From an uncultured Acidiferrobacteraceae bacterium (lineage in GTDB: Bacteria; Pseudomonadota; Gammaproteobacteria; Arenicellales; UBA868), in NCBI GenBank assembly GCA_913062915.1, contig CAJXWH010000001.1, positions 1 to 53,585 of the forward strand: a stretch of 53,585 bases of DNA. The letters run 5' to 3'. The position numbers were made by a program, and so were the translations under genes. Under the pieces are notes generated by a model, which was given only the letters and a program-made list of their open reading frames with translations, did not search any database and was not told the DNA's origin. Shown piece by piece: positions 1 to 8,149 of the stretch; the first letter of the stretch is position 1; every line of letters begins with the position of its first letter.

Positions 1-2
1 GT

Positions 3-77
3 CCCGAATATGAAGCGCAGCGCCCAGCGCAAAGTGAAGCGTACAAGGCGATGGTCAAAGAGTTGGCCGGCGGATAA
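3..77 (+). CDS. 3' end of an unidentified upstream gene (partial, runs off the window)
   Basis: Frame 3 is open from the window edge (PEYEAQRPAQSEAYKAMVKELAGG) and stops at TAA 75-77. It is followed by a hairpin. Too short to identify. Confidence 0.3.
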   Translation, partial: PEYEAQRPAQSEAYKAMVKELAGG

Positions 78-92
78 CCATCTTTTAAGTAT

Positions 93-121
93 TTGCGGTG
101 TCGCTCTGAGCGGCGCCGCAA
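93..121 (+). terminator. Hairpin after the partial upstream gene (possible terminator)
   Basis: ttgcggtgtcgc / loop tctga / gcggcgccgcaa gives a 12-bp stem with two G-U pairs. No clean U-tract follows directly. Confidence 0.3.
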
Positions 122-199
122 ATATGCCGAGTTTGTCATTCTTTTCGATGCCTAGGCCCTCATTTTTCTGAATGTTTCCCGTATATACAGGCTCAATCG

Positions 200-1177
200 A
201 TGGGTAAGACGCTCATCGCGGTCGCTGATACGGTATTTCCAAGCCTGGAACCGGCCCGGCAGGCGCTTGGCAACATTGATGCCGAATTTCGTCTGGCCAA
301 GGAACCCACAGCACAGGCGATTCTCGAAGTCGCCCGGGAAGCAGATGCGCTGTTCGTTACCTACGCCAAGATCACCGGTGACATCATCGCTGAGTTAACA
401 CGCTGCCGGGTCATCGGGCGATTCGGCGTCGGGACAGACAACATCGATATTGACGCCGCAACCCGGGCCGGCATCATGGTGACCTACGCGCCGGTGTACT
501 GCCTCGATGAAGTCTCCGACCATACGCTTGCCTTGCTGCTCGCCCTGGCACGTAAAATCCCGTACGCCCATGCCTTGGTCAACGATCGGCGCTGGGAAAT
601 GTCAGCCGTGGTTCCCATCAACCGGCTAAAAGGACGCATCCTTGGCTTGGTCGGATTCGGGAACATCGCGCAGGGTATTGTTCCCAAGGCTCACGCCTTT
701 GGCATCAAAACTATCGCCGCCGACCCTTATGTCTCCGATGAAGTATTTACAAAGCTTGATGTGGAGCGGGTCGACTTCGACCAACTCCTGGAACGCGCCG
801 ATTTTATTTCTATCCACACACCGCTGACAGAGGACACCAGGAATCTATTTGGCCAAAACGCTTTTAAACAAATGAAGCCCGAGGCGCTGTTAATCAATAC
901 GGCCCGCGGACCGCTGGTCGACATCGATGCACTGGCACAAGCATTAGAGGCTGGCGAAATTGCTGGCGCTGCGTTGGATGTGCTGCCACAGGAGCCACCT
1001 CCAGACGATTGTCCCTTGTTTGGACGCGACGACATCATTCTGACCCCACACACAGGGTTCTACTCAACCGATGCCTTGCTCGATCTACAAACGACCGTAG
1101 CGACCGACGTCGCATCCGTCTTGAATGGAGAGTTTCCCCGTTTTCCCGTCAACCCTGAAGTGCGAGACCCAAAGTAG
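200..1177 (+). CDS. D-isomer-specific 2-hydroxyacid dehydrogenase family (NAD-binding; phosphoglycerate/glyoxylate reductase-like)
   Basis: ATG at 200. 325 aa. Motifs: GRFGVGTDNIDI, the Rossmann GLVGFGNIAQ, NTARGPLVD and a C-terminal TPHTGFYS, all typical of the 2-Hacid_dh family. Confidence 0.85.
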   Translation: MGKTLIAVADTVFPSLEPARQALGNIDAEFRLAKEPTAQAILEVAREADALFVTYAKITGDIIAELTRCRVIGRFGVGTDNIDIDAATRAGIMVTYAPVYCLDEVSDHTLALLLALARKIPYAHALVNDRRWEMSAVVPINRLKGRILGLVGFGNIAQGIVPKAHAFGIKTIAADPYVSDEVFTKLDVERVDFDQLLERADFISIHTPLTEDTRNLFGQNAFKQMKPEALLINTARGPLVDIDALAQALEAGEIAGAALDVLPQEPPPDDCPLFGRDDIILTPHTGFYSTDALLDLQTTVATDVASVLNGEFPRFPVNPEVRDPK

Positions 1178-1324
1178 GGCCACTAGGAAGGGAAGAAAAT
1201 ATCGGGCTCTGGTGCCGCACCAGGCAGACGCCGGGGCCGCAGGCACCTCGGCCAGTTGCCGGGACAAAAGCCCTGAAGAAGGGGATTCTTTCTTCAGATA
1301 CCCTGTGCCAACCCATTCAAACAG

Positions 1325-1351
1325 GGCCTCAGTACGGGAACCTCTGAGGCC
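1325..1351 (+). terminator. Hairpin between convergent genes (possible terminator)
   Basis: ggcctcag-N11-ctgaggcc, an 8-bp stem followed by ggatttcttccc. It lies between the stop at 1177 (+) and the stop at 1385 (-). Confidence 0.3.
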
Positions 1352-1384
1352 GGATTTCTTCCCATAAAATCGGATCTGCGGTCT

Positions 1385-2050
1385 TTACCCGGCGGTTCCA
1401 CGGCGCTGGGCCGGACCGCTGGTGGCGAAACGACGGGCGTAGTCCTCGATTTCGTCAACCGACAGGCCTGCCACCGCGTTCCATTGCTTCTTGTTGTAGT
1501 CCACGGTTTCAAGATCGGTCGAAAAGGAATCGTTCAACCGGTTGATCATGTTAAACATGGCGCAGGCCATCGAGATCTCAACGATCTCAGTGTCGGTGAA
1601 CAAGCGCTTCATCTCCTCCCAAACCGCCTTGTCGCGTTGCGCGGTATTGCGGGTCATGGCCTCGGCCCAGGCGATGACCGCCTTATCCCGTTCATCGAGG
1701 AGCGGACTGGTCTTGTAGGCATCACTGCCGAGAACTTCGAGTTCTTCCTCTGAGATACCGAGACCCTGGCCAAAGATTGAGGTATGGGCAGTGCAGTATT
1801 CGCAGGCATTGACCATCGAGGTCTTGATGTTGGCGAGATTGCGCAGGCGAGCGTCGGTGGTCGCGCCGAGACCAGGCTGGCGGACTGAAGCCACCAGGCC
1901 AAGGAACCAGCGGGCGATATAAGGGCTGTGGGCCGACAGAATGCGCACCAAGTTCGAGGTGCGGCCAAGAAACCGATCAGAAGCCGCGAATACTTCCTTG
2001 GCGATGCCGGTCGCTTGCTCGTGCGAGAGGCCCTTAAGGCGTTGATTCAT
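1385..2050 (-). CDS. Carboxymuconolactone decarboxylase / AhpD-like family protein
   Basis: ATG at 2050. 221 aa. CxxC-type motif NACEYCTAHT, characteristic of the AhpD/CMD fold. Confidence 0.75.
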   Translation of the reverse strand: MNQRLKGLSHEQATGIAKEVFAASDRFLGRTSNLVRILSAHSPYIARWFLGLVASVRQPGLGATTDARLRNLANIKTSMVNACEYCTAHTSIFGQGLGISEEELEVLGSDAYKTSPLLDERDKAVIAWAEAMTRNTAQRDKAVWEEMKRLFTDTEIVEISMACAMFNMINRLNDSFSTDLETVDYNKKQWNAVAGLSVDEIEDYARRFATSGPAQRRGTAG

Positions 2051-2172
2051 AGATATTTTTCCAAGCGGTAGAGGTTATTGCCGAAAGATTACGTCAACCT
2101 GAAAATCGATCCAAATTATATTGAAGACTGGTCATAGGAAGCACGCGAAATCAGAAAAAAGGTAAGACGACA

Positions 2173-3174
2173 TTAACTCAGACGAATTTTCTGCAGAAGC
2201 GAATCCTCAACCTCCACCCCGTCAGCCTCTGTTTGACGCCGGTTTGCAATCCGCCGTGATCCGGGCAGACGCGCACCCTCCTGTTGGCTGATAGCAACCG
2301 ACAGATCCCCGATTTTCTCGGCAAATGTGTTGTCGGAATAGTGCCCAGGATCAAGCGCGATAAAACACTGCCCAGTTCTGGGGGGTCCTCCCTTCGTACC
2401 AGAAAATGGGCTGGCCGCGAGCCCGAGGTTGGCGCCAGCCAAAGCGGCAGCCATCACCTCAACCATCAGTCCAGCGCCGAATCCCTTGTAACCGCCACTC
2501 GGTAACATGGTTCCCGTAAGGGCTGCCTCTGGATCCTCGGTCGGCTGTCCGGCTTCATCCAGCGCCCAGCCCTCAGGAATTGCGCCCCCATCTCGAGCAC
2601 GCTTCATGATCTCGCTCTTGGCAACGACGCTGGCACTTTGGTCGATGACAAATGCGGCTTGTTGTTCGGTTCCGGGCACGCCAAGTGCAAAAGGGTTGGT
2701 TCCAATCACGGCCTTTACCCCGCCCCACGGGGCAATGGATGCGGGTGCATTGGTGAATCCGATCCCGAGCAATCCGGCAATAGCCAAGCGCTCCACGTGA
2801 TAGCCGAGCGCGCCGCAGTTATAGGAATTTCGAATTGTCAACGCAGCACAGCCGAGATTGTGTGCCGCAGGAATTAGCCGTTCAAATCCGACGTCAATGG
2901 CGGGATGCGCGAAGCCCGTTGCAGCATCCACCGCAACTGCCGCCCCTTTGTGCGCCAATACGACGGGCTTAGCCGCACCATCCACTTTACCGCAACGAAC
3001 ATGCTCGCAGTAGATGGGTAGGTACAGCAAACCATGGCTGCGCATGCCGTCGTGTTCCGCGGCTCGCACAGCACGTGCGAGAGAACGTGCCGCTGTTTCC
3101 TCGGTCCCGGCGCCAAGCAATGCCTCAAGTGCAAGCGCCTCTACGGCTTCTAAGTTCATTCGAGTCTTCGCCAT
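2173..3174 (-). CDS. Ldh_2 family (malate/L-lactate dehydrogenase type 2) oxidoreductase, e.g. pyrroline/piperideine-2-carboxylate reductase-like
   Basis: Family pattern MRSHGLLYLPIYCEHVRCGKVDG...GTNPFALGVP. I prefer the ATG at 3174, which has AAGGAG 6 nt upstream, over the TTG at 3213 given by the ORF track. Confidence 0.8.
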   Translation of the reverse strand: MAKTRMNLEAVEALALEALLGAGTEETAARSLARAVRAAEHDGMRSHGLLYLPIYCEHVRCGKVDGAAKPVVLAHKGAAVAVDAATGFAHPAIDVGFERLIPAAHNLGCAALTIRNSYNCGALGYHVERLAIAGLLGIGFTNAPASIAPWGGVKAVIGTNPFALGVPGTEQQAAFVIDQSASVVAKSEIMKRARDGGAIPEGWALDEAGQPTEDPEAALTGTMLPSGGYKGFGAGLMVEVMAAALAGANLGLAASPFSGTKGGPPRTGQCFIALDPGHYSDNTFAEKIGDLSVAISQQEGARLPGSRRIANRRQTEADGVEVEDSLLQKIRLS

Positions 3175-3199
3175 CAAGGTCTCCTTCAGCTCCTGGACA

Positions 3200-3901
3200 T
3201 CAGTCGTTATCAATCATGCCAGCGCCAGCACCCCGCTGTTTGGATGTGGCCGATTCGGGCACCAGTGTATGTGCTGCCAGGCGTTGTAATTCAGCCCAAA
3301 TGGCCTCAGTCACCTCCACACCCCTTTGAATCGCAGCGCGTCGCGTTTCCGACTCCTTCTTTGTAGGTTTGAAGTTGCGATCCTGGGAACCACCCACCAT
3401 TGTCACACTGACTTCAGATCCGTTCTTCGCCTCCTGATCTGAAAAGGGTGGCCCTTCCAATCTGCCGTGCCCCCTTTGGATCACGCCCTGCAAGACCTTG
3501 CCAGTCGACCCAACCGAGTGCAAGACGAGTTCCATTGCTCGTACAGAACTCGAACACACCAGATGGGCGAACAGCAACAACGGCTCGTCTAAACGAGCCA
3601 CAGTAACTCGCGATGTGGTTTGCAGAAAATCGAAAAGCGACGGTGCCGCGTACATAACCGAGGCAAGTTTACCCTTCGTATCCGGGCACAGCGACGCGGT
3701 ATGGCCGGAGATAATCACGGGCCGAGCCCTGCCCTTTCTTATGTTTTCAATAGCCCGACAAGCGATATCTGCACCAGCGAACCCCGCCCCACTCAACCAG
3801 GCAGCAGCGACCCCCGCGTCTTCCGCCAACCCTGCCGGCAGACCTACGCCGACCGCCGCCTTGCACGTGAGGGTTTCTATTTCGGCGTTCGAGGCGTGCA
3901 T
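3200..3901 (-). CDS. Uncharacterised protein, N-terminus DUF3726-like
   Basis: The ATG at 3901 overlaps the TAA of the upstream gene (TAATG). The N-terminal pattern EIETLTCKAAVGVGLPAGLAEDAGVAAAWL matches what I recall of DUF3726. No catalytic motif recognised. Confidence 0.55.
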   Translation of the reverse strand: MHASNAEIETLTCKAAVGVGLPAGLAEDAGVAAAWLSGAGFAGADIACRAIENIRKGRARPVIISGHTASLCPDTKGKLASVMYAAPSLFDFLQTTSRVTVARLDEPLLLFAHLVCSSSVRAMELVLHSVGSTGKVLQGVIQRGHGRLEGPPFSDQEAKNGSEVSVTMVGGSQDRNFKPTKKESETRRAAIQRGVEVTEAIWAELQRLAAHTLVPESATSKQRGAGAGMIDND

Positions 3902-5544
3902 TAGTGCGCGGTGGGAGCGACTGGAAAGCACCAATCGTCAGCGTCTTCGCGATGTAACTCATCCGGGAGCGGCGCACCCTGAAAGAGCGTGATCCGGGTC
4001 CACAGAGCCGACTTGGGATCAAATTTTGAGGCCCCAAAAAATGCGAGTTTGTAACGCAGAAGGTGAAGCGGAAGACAATCTTCGCCGACCAGGTTGTCCT
4101 GTATCTCGCCGTAGGTGTGAACTGCGTTTGCCTGAATACGGCGGACTACATGACGGTGCTGAGGATGCGACAGTAAATATTGTGCCAGGGAAACCGCGTC
4201 GTCCGTCACCGTTAACTGCCGGTACAACCGCTGCACGTCCCGCGCAATAGCCAACGGCATTTCTCGATCCGCACCGGCTTCCGAATATCGATTACCGAAT
4301 CTCGGTTCCAATTTGTTGACCGATGTATACCAGAAATGCTGCTGGCTTCCTGGATGGTCGAAATCAATCTCGAGTGCCCACCGATAGTTCTGCTCAATGG
4401 TACTTTGGAGTTCGCGCATGCTTTGACTTGCATCAATACTCGAGCGACCCTCCGAACTCAATGTTGACTCCAGCTCATCCACCAATTCCGGATAGAGTTC
4501 GAGCAGCAGGCTCACCAGGAACTCTTGTGTTTCAACCGACAAGCAGGCCTCTGCCATTTGGTACAAACGATTCCATGGGCGTTTCTCCACCAGCGGCGAG
4601 GCTGCAACTGAAACCCATTCTCTGATCCTCGCGACACCGGAACGGGTCTCTAAAATACTGGCGTGTTGCCGGCTGTCTTCGACTTGCCATTCGTCCAGGT
4701 GCTGTCGAGCACGGGTAAGCAGGGCCTGGAATCGATCGATTTTCTCCGGCGCCGCGTCCATCACCTGGCGAACCCGAGCTAAAGCGCTCTCCCTCGCGTG
4801 GACCCAGCGGTGAATCAATTCCGGATGGGTGACCAGAAACGGTGCCATGCCCAGACCCGTCGCATTGCCAATTCCCAGAAATCGCTTGCGGGAACGCTCT
4901 AAAGGCACAAACCGACCCGAAGATTTCGCCTTGGCGACATGCTCGACCTGATCCAACGTAAAGCATCGAATCAGGTAGACAGTCAGCAGCTCCGCCTGAA
5001 AAGGCCCGGCCAGTTCAGGCCGGCCCGCGATTTTTGCCCGGTCACCGACCCCGAACTTCCCATTGCCGTATACCGCCGTGGTTCGCATCAGATATCCGAC
5101 CTCGGTAAGCCTGGCTATGTCGGGCTGCACACCCGCCGCCAGACTCGAACACACATAGTCGAACAACCGCATGCTGCGATTGGCCCGCGACAAAACCAAC
5201 TCACTGCCCTCGAATCGACCCGCCTCCTGGCGGGGGGCGCGCGATGCGAGTCGGGCTATATCTTCATCCGCAGGTACTCCGTCGTACAAGACGAACGACG
5301 CGTCCCAGGCTTCTGCGATTACGCGGTCGGTTCGTTGGTCATTGTCCAGCGGGTTAGCAAAAGCAACCAGGCTGTAGCTCCGCTCGGGGCCACATGCCGA
5401 ATAGACCGCTGCGCCAAAACCATTGCGGTCTAGATTGAAGCGAGTCCGTTCTATTGTCCATGACTCTCGATGCATTCGCCGCACCAGAGTGCGCATGAAA
5501 CTGATCCGGGTCTGAAACGCAGACCCCATCCGTTCTAAACGCAT
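3901..5544 (-). CDS. Large hypothetical protein, no family recognised (547 aa from ATG 5544; the ORF track extends to 5736)
   Basis: A long uninterrupted ORF with ordinary protein-like composition and coding-like codon usage. Candidate starts are ATG 5544 or 5529, or upstream GTG/TTG. The 5736 start would overlap the M19 gene by 86 nt. Confidence 0.6.
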   Translation of the reverse strand: MRLERMGSAFQTRISFMRTLVRRMHRESWTIERTRFNLDRNGFGAAVYSACGPERSYSLVAFANPLDNDQRTDRVIAEAWDASFVLYDGVPADEDIARLASRAPRQEAGRFEGSELVLSRANRSMRLFDYVCSSLAAGVQPDIARLTEVGYLMRTTAVYGNGKFGVGDRAKIAGRPELAGPFQAELLTVYLIRCFTLDQVEHVAKAKSSGRFVPLERSRKRFLGIGNATGLGMAPFLVTHPELIHRWVHARESALARVRQVMDAAPEKIDRFQALLTRARQHLDEWQVEDSRQHASILETRSGVARIREWVSVAASPLVEKRPWNRLYQMAEACLSVETQEFLVSLLLELYPELVDELESTLSSEGRSSIDASQSMRELQSTIEQNYRWALEIDFDHPGSQQHFWYTSVNKLEPRFGNRYSEAGADREMPLAIARDVQRLYRQLTVTDDAVSLAQYLLSHPQHRHVVRRIQANAVHTYGEIQDNLVGEDCLPLHLLRYKLAFFGASKFDPKSALWTRITLFQGAPLPDELHREDADDWCFPVAPTAH

Positions 5545-5650
5545 CACCTGCTTCGGGGGCCGCAGGATCAAACTCGGTTGTTCCCCGGCATCCTGTCTGA
5601 TTGAAGTCACGAGACTTATGCGGGAAGACCGCCAGAACGAGGGACAGCTA

Positions 5651-6643
5651 TCAATTTTCTCTGGTAAACGAACGACGAAAAAATTCCAGCCAGTTGCCGC
5701 CCATAATCTGTCTGACTTCGACTTTGCTGAACCCAACTGTCAGAAGCTCCTGACCCAAGGCCGGAAAATCCCGATTGTCCCGAAACCATGCCGGTGGGTC
5801 AGGAAATCCCGGAATGCTTGACGAGCCTTCTCCGTAGTCCGTGTCGCGCGTCCAGCGACCATTTCTCATCCAAGCCACTACACTGTCGGGTTGGTCCTGG
5901 CACAAATCGCTGCCGATGCCTATGTGATCGATTCCCATCTTCTCCGCAGTGTCAGCAACCATCGCGCAGAAATCTGGCAACGTGCAGTCGCTCAGGTTTT
6001 TCAGATGGTGGGGATACAAAGAAAATCCCACCATACCCCCACTGGCTGCCAGCGCTTTCAATACCTCGTCCGATTTATTCCGTAGGGCCGGATGCCAAGA
6101 GGCCGGGTTGGCATGGGTGATTGCAATCGGTCTTGTCGAATATTCGATCGCTTCGAGTGTTGAACGCTCCGCGGAATGGCTCATGTCAATCACCAGACCG
6201 ACCCGGTTCATCTCCCGAATCACCTGGCGACCCATGCGCGTAATTCCGGGGTCTTCCTTCTCGTAGCAACCCGTAGCCAGTAGCGACTGATTGTTGTAGG
6301 ACAACTGCATGAATCGCACGCCCAGCTGGTGGCAAATTTCTACCCGATCGACGTCATCCTCGATCGGCGAGCAGTTCTGAAATCCAAAAAAAATAGCGGT
6401 CTTTCCTGCGGCGCGGGCGGTCAACACGTCTTCGGCAACACGCCCCGGCACGATTCGGTCCGAATAATCCTGAAAACGCCGGTTCCATGTCTCCAGATTC
6501 TGGACTGTTTCACCGAAGTCCTCGTGATAACAAATCGTAACGTGCACAGCGTCGACCCCGCCCTGCGCCATCTGGTCAAAGATCGCTGGTGACCAGTTGC
6601 AGTACTGCAGGCAGTCGATTGTGACCTGTTCCGATCTCAACAT
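5651..6643 (-). CDS. M19 (renal/membrane dipeptidase) family homologue with a degenerate binuclear-metal site
   Basis: It aligns by eye to DPEP1: IDMSHSA (His198 equivalent), AITHANPAS...RN (His219/Arg230) and GIGSDL (Asp288) are kept. The HxD position reads IDCLQY rather than IDGHND, and the bridging-Glu position reads GFQNC rather than GVEGGH. Confidence 0.7.
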   Translation of the reverse strand: MLRSEQVTIDCLQYCNWSPAIFDQMAQGGVDAVHVTICYHEDFGETVQNLETWNRRFQDYSDRIVPGRVAEDVLTARAAGKTAIFFGFQNCSPIEDDVDRVEICHQLGVRFMQLSYNNQSLLATGCYEKEDPGITRMGRQVIREMNRVGLVIDMSHSAERSTLEAIEYSTRPIAITHANPASWHPALRNKSDEVLKALAASGGMVGFSLYPHHLKNLSDCTLPDFCAMVADTAEKMGIDHIGIGSDLCQDQPDSVVAWMRNGRWTRDTDYGEGSSSIPGFPDPPAWFRDNRDFPALGQELLTVGFSKVEVRQIMGGNWLEFFRRSFTREN

Positions 6644-6649
6644 ATGCTC

Positions 6650-7903
6650 CTAGAGCCAGTCCACCTGGTACGGGTAGGTCGACATCCGCTCGACCCCGGT
6701 CTCGGTAACGATGACCTGCTCTTCGAGTTTCACACCTTCGCGTCCACCGTACGACCCGATGAACGATTCGACACACAGCGTCATGCCGGCCTCAATTACG
6801 CCATCATAAGCGTTGCCGGGGACATCGACCGAGTGCTTGATGCTCGGATATTCGTCGGCCAGCCCTACCCCATGCATCGAAACAGAATACCGGTTAGATA
6901 GAAATTCCTCTGGAATCGGCCAACACTGCTCGGCGACCTCGAGAAATGTGCGCCCGGCCTTGAGTACTGAAATATTGGTTTCGATCTGCTCATAAGCTGC
7001 CGCATAAAGTCGGCGCTGCTCATCACTGGGCTTGTCTCCACACAGCCACGAGCGCGATATATCTGAGCAGTACCCATAGGGGCCGATAAGGTCGGTATCG
7101 AAACTCACCAGATCGCCCTTTTCAATGATCCGCATGGAGCACTCGCGAAACCACGGATTGGTGCGGGGACCAGATGACAACAATCGGGTTTCGATCCACT
7201 CGCCGCCCAAACGGATGTTCGTCTCATGAAGTTTTGACCACAGGGCATTCTCGCTAATTCCAGGTTTTAGGGTCTCTTCCATCGCTCGACAACCCGCTTC
7301 ACAAACGGCCATCGATGCTCGCATGAGTTCCAACTCGGCGCTTGACTTGACTGCTCTGGCCTTCTCTGAAATGGCCTCTCCGTCGGCCAGTACTAGCCCT
7401 TTCTCTCGAAGTGCATCGGTCGCAATGAATGACAAACGATCCACGGCCAGACGCCGGTTGCCGCCGCCATGGGTTCGCATCAGATCATCGATCTGGTCGG
7501 CAAATACCCGGGCCCGCTCTTCGCTGTGATCACCCACGGCAAAGAAGTAGAACGTCGTGATCGGACGATATTCATCCACCCCTGGCAGGCCTTCGGCCAA
7601 GTGGGGATGGTCTGCATAATCGAAAAGAACCACCGGGCCATCGAGCGCAATAAATACACACCGGGTCTCGTAGTGCGAGCACCACACCTGCATGTTGGTT
7701 GCATCCGTGGCGTAGCGGGTATTTATCTGGTCGAACAACAACAAACCTGAAACATCATCTCGCAGCATCTCCTGTCGTAAGCGCTCCAATCGGTAGAGGC
7801 GAACCTCGTCCAAATTCACCGGCGGCTCGCTGTATTCCATTGCGCCATGCTGGCGAATGGCCCCCGCGGAACGTTCAATCTTGGTCACATTGTCTGACAT
7901 CAT
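6650..7903 (-). CDS. M24 family metallohydrolase (creatinase_N + M24 fold), DddP-like; substrate unknown
   Basis: Five metal ligands are present: FDTDLIGPYGYCSD, MHGVGLADE, CVESF, KLEEQ. The N-terminal creatinase/prolidase domain pattern is present. Its stop lies 6 nt before the M19 start. Confidence 0.75.
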   Translation of the reverse strand: MMSDNVTKIERSAGAIRQHGAMEYSEPPVNLDEVRLYRLERLRQEMLRDDVSGLLLFDQINTRYATDATNMQVWCSHYETRCVFIALDGPVVLFDYADHPHLAEGLPGVDEYRPITTFYFFAVGDHSEERARVFADQIDDLMRTHGGGNRRLAVDRLSFIATDALREKGLVLADGEAISEKARAVKSSAELELMRASMAVCEAGCRAMEETLKPGISENALWSKLHETNIRLGGEWIETRLLSSGPRTNPWFRECSMRIIEKGDLVSFDTDLIGPYGYCSDISRSWLCGDKPSDEQRRLYAAAYEQIETNISVLKAGRTFLEVAEQCWPIPEEFLSNRYSVSMHGVGLADEYPSIKHSVDVPGNAYDGVIEAGMTLCVESFIGSYGGREGVKLEEQVIVTETGVERMSTYPYQVDWL

Positions 7904-8149
7904 TAATTTCCGTCAAGTAAACAGCCCACCATATTGTGACACCGATCTGTGTGACTGTGGGCCGGCCCATTGGTCAGATGTAACCTGCTGCAAGCGCTCT
8001 CACCGCTGACTCTTAATGTAGAAAGAGCATTGCACCTGTAACGCCGAAGCCCAACGAAAGGTCTCAATCGCAAAAAGTCAACGGCGAAATCTGCCATAAC
8101 GTCCCGGGTCATTACAGCCAATAGTTCCCGGCATTGGCTACGCAGCAGT

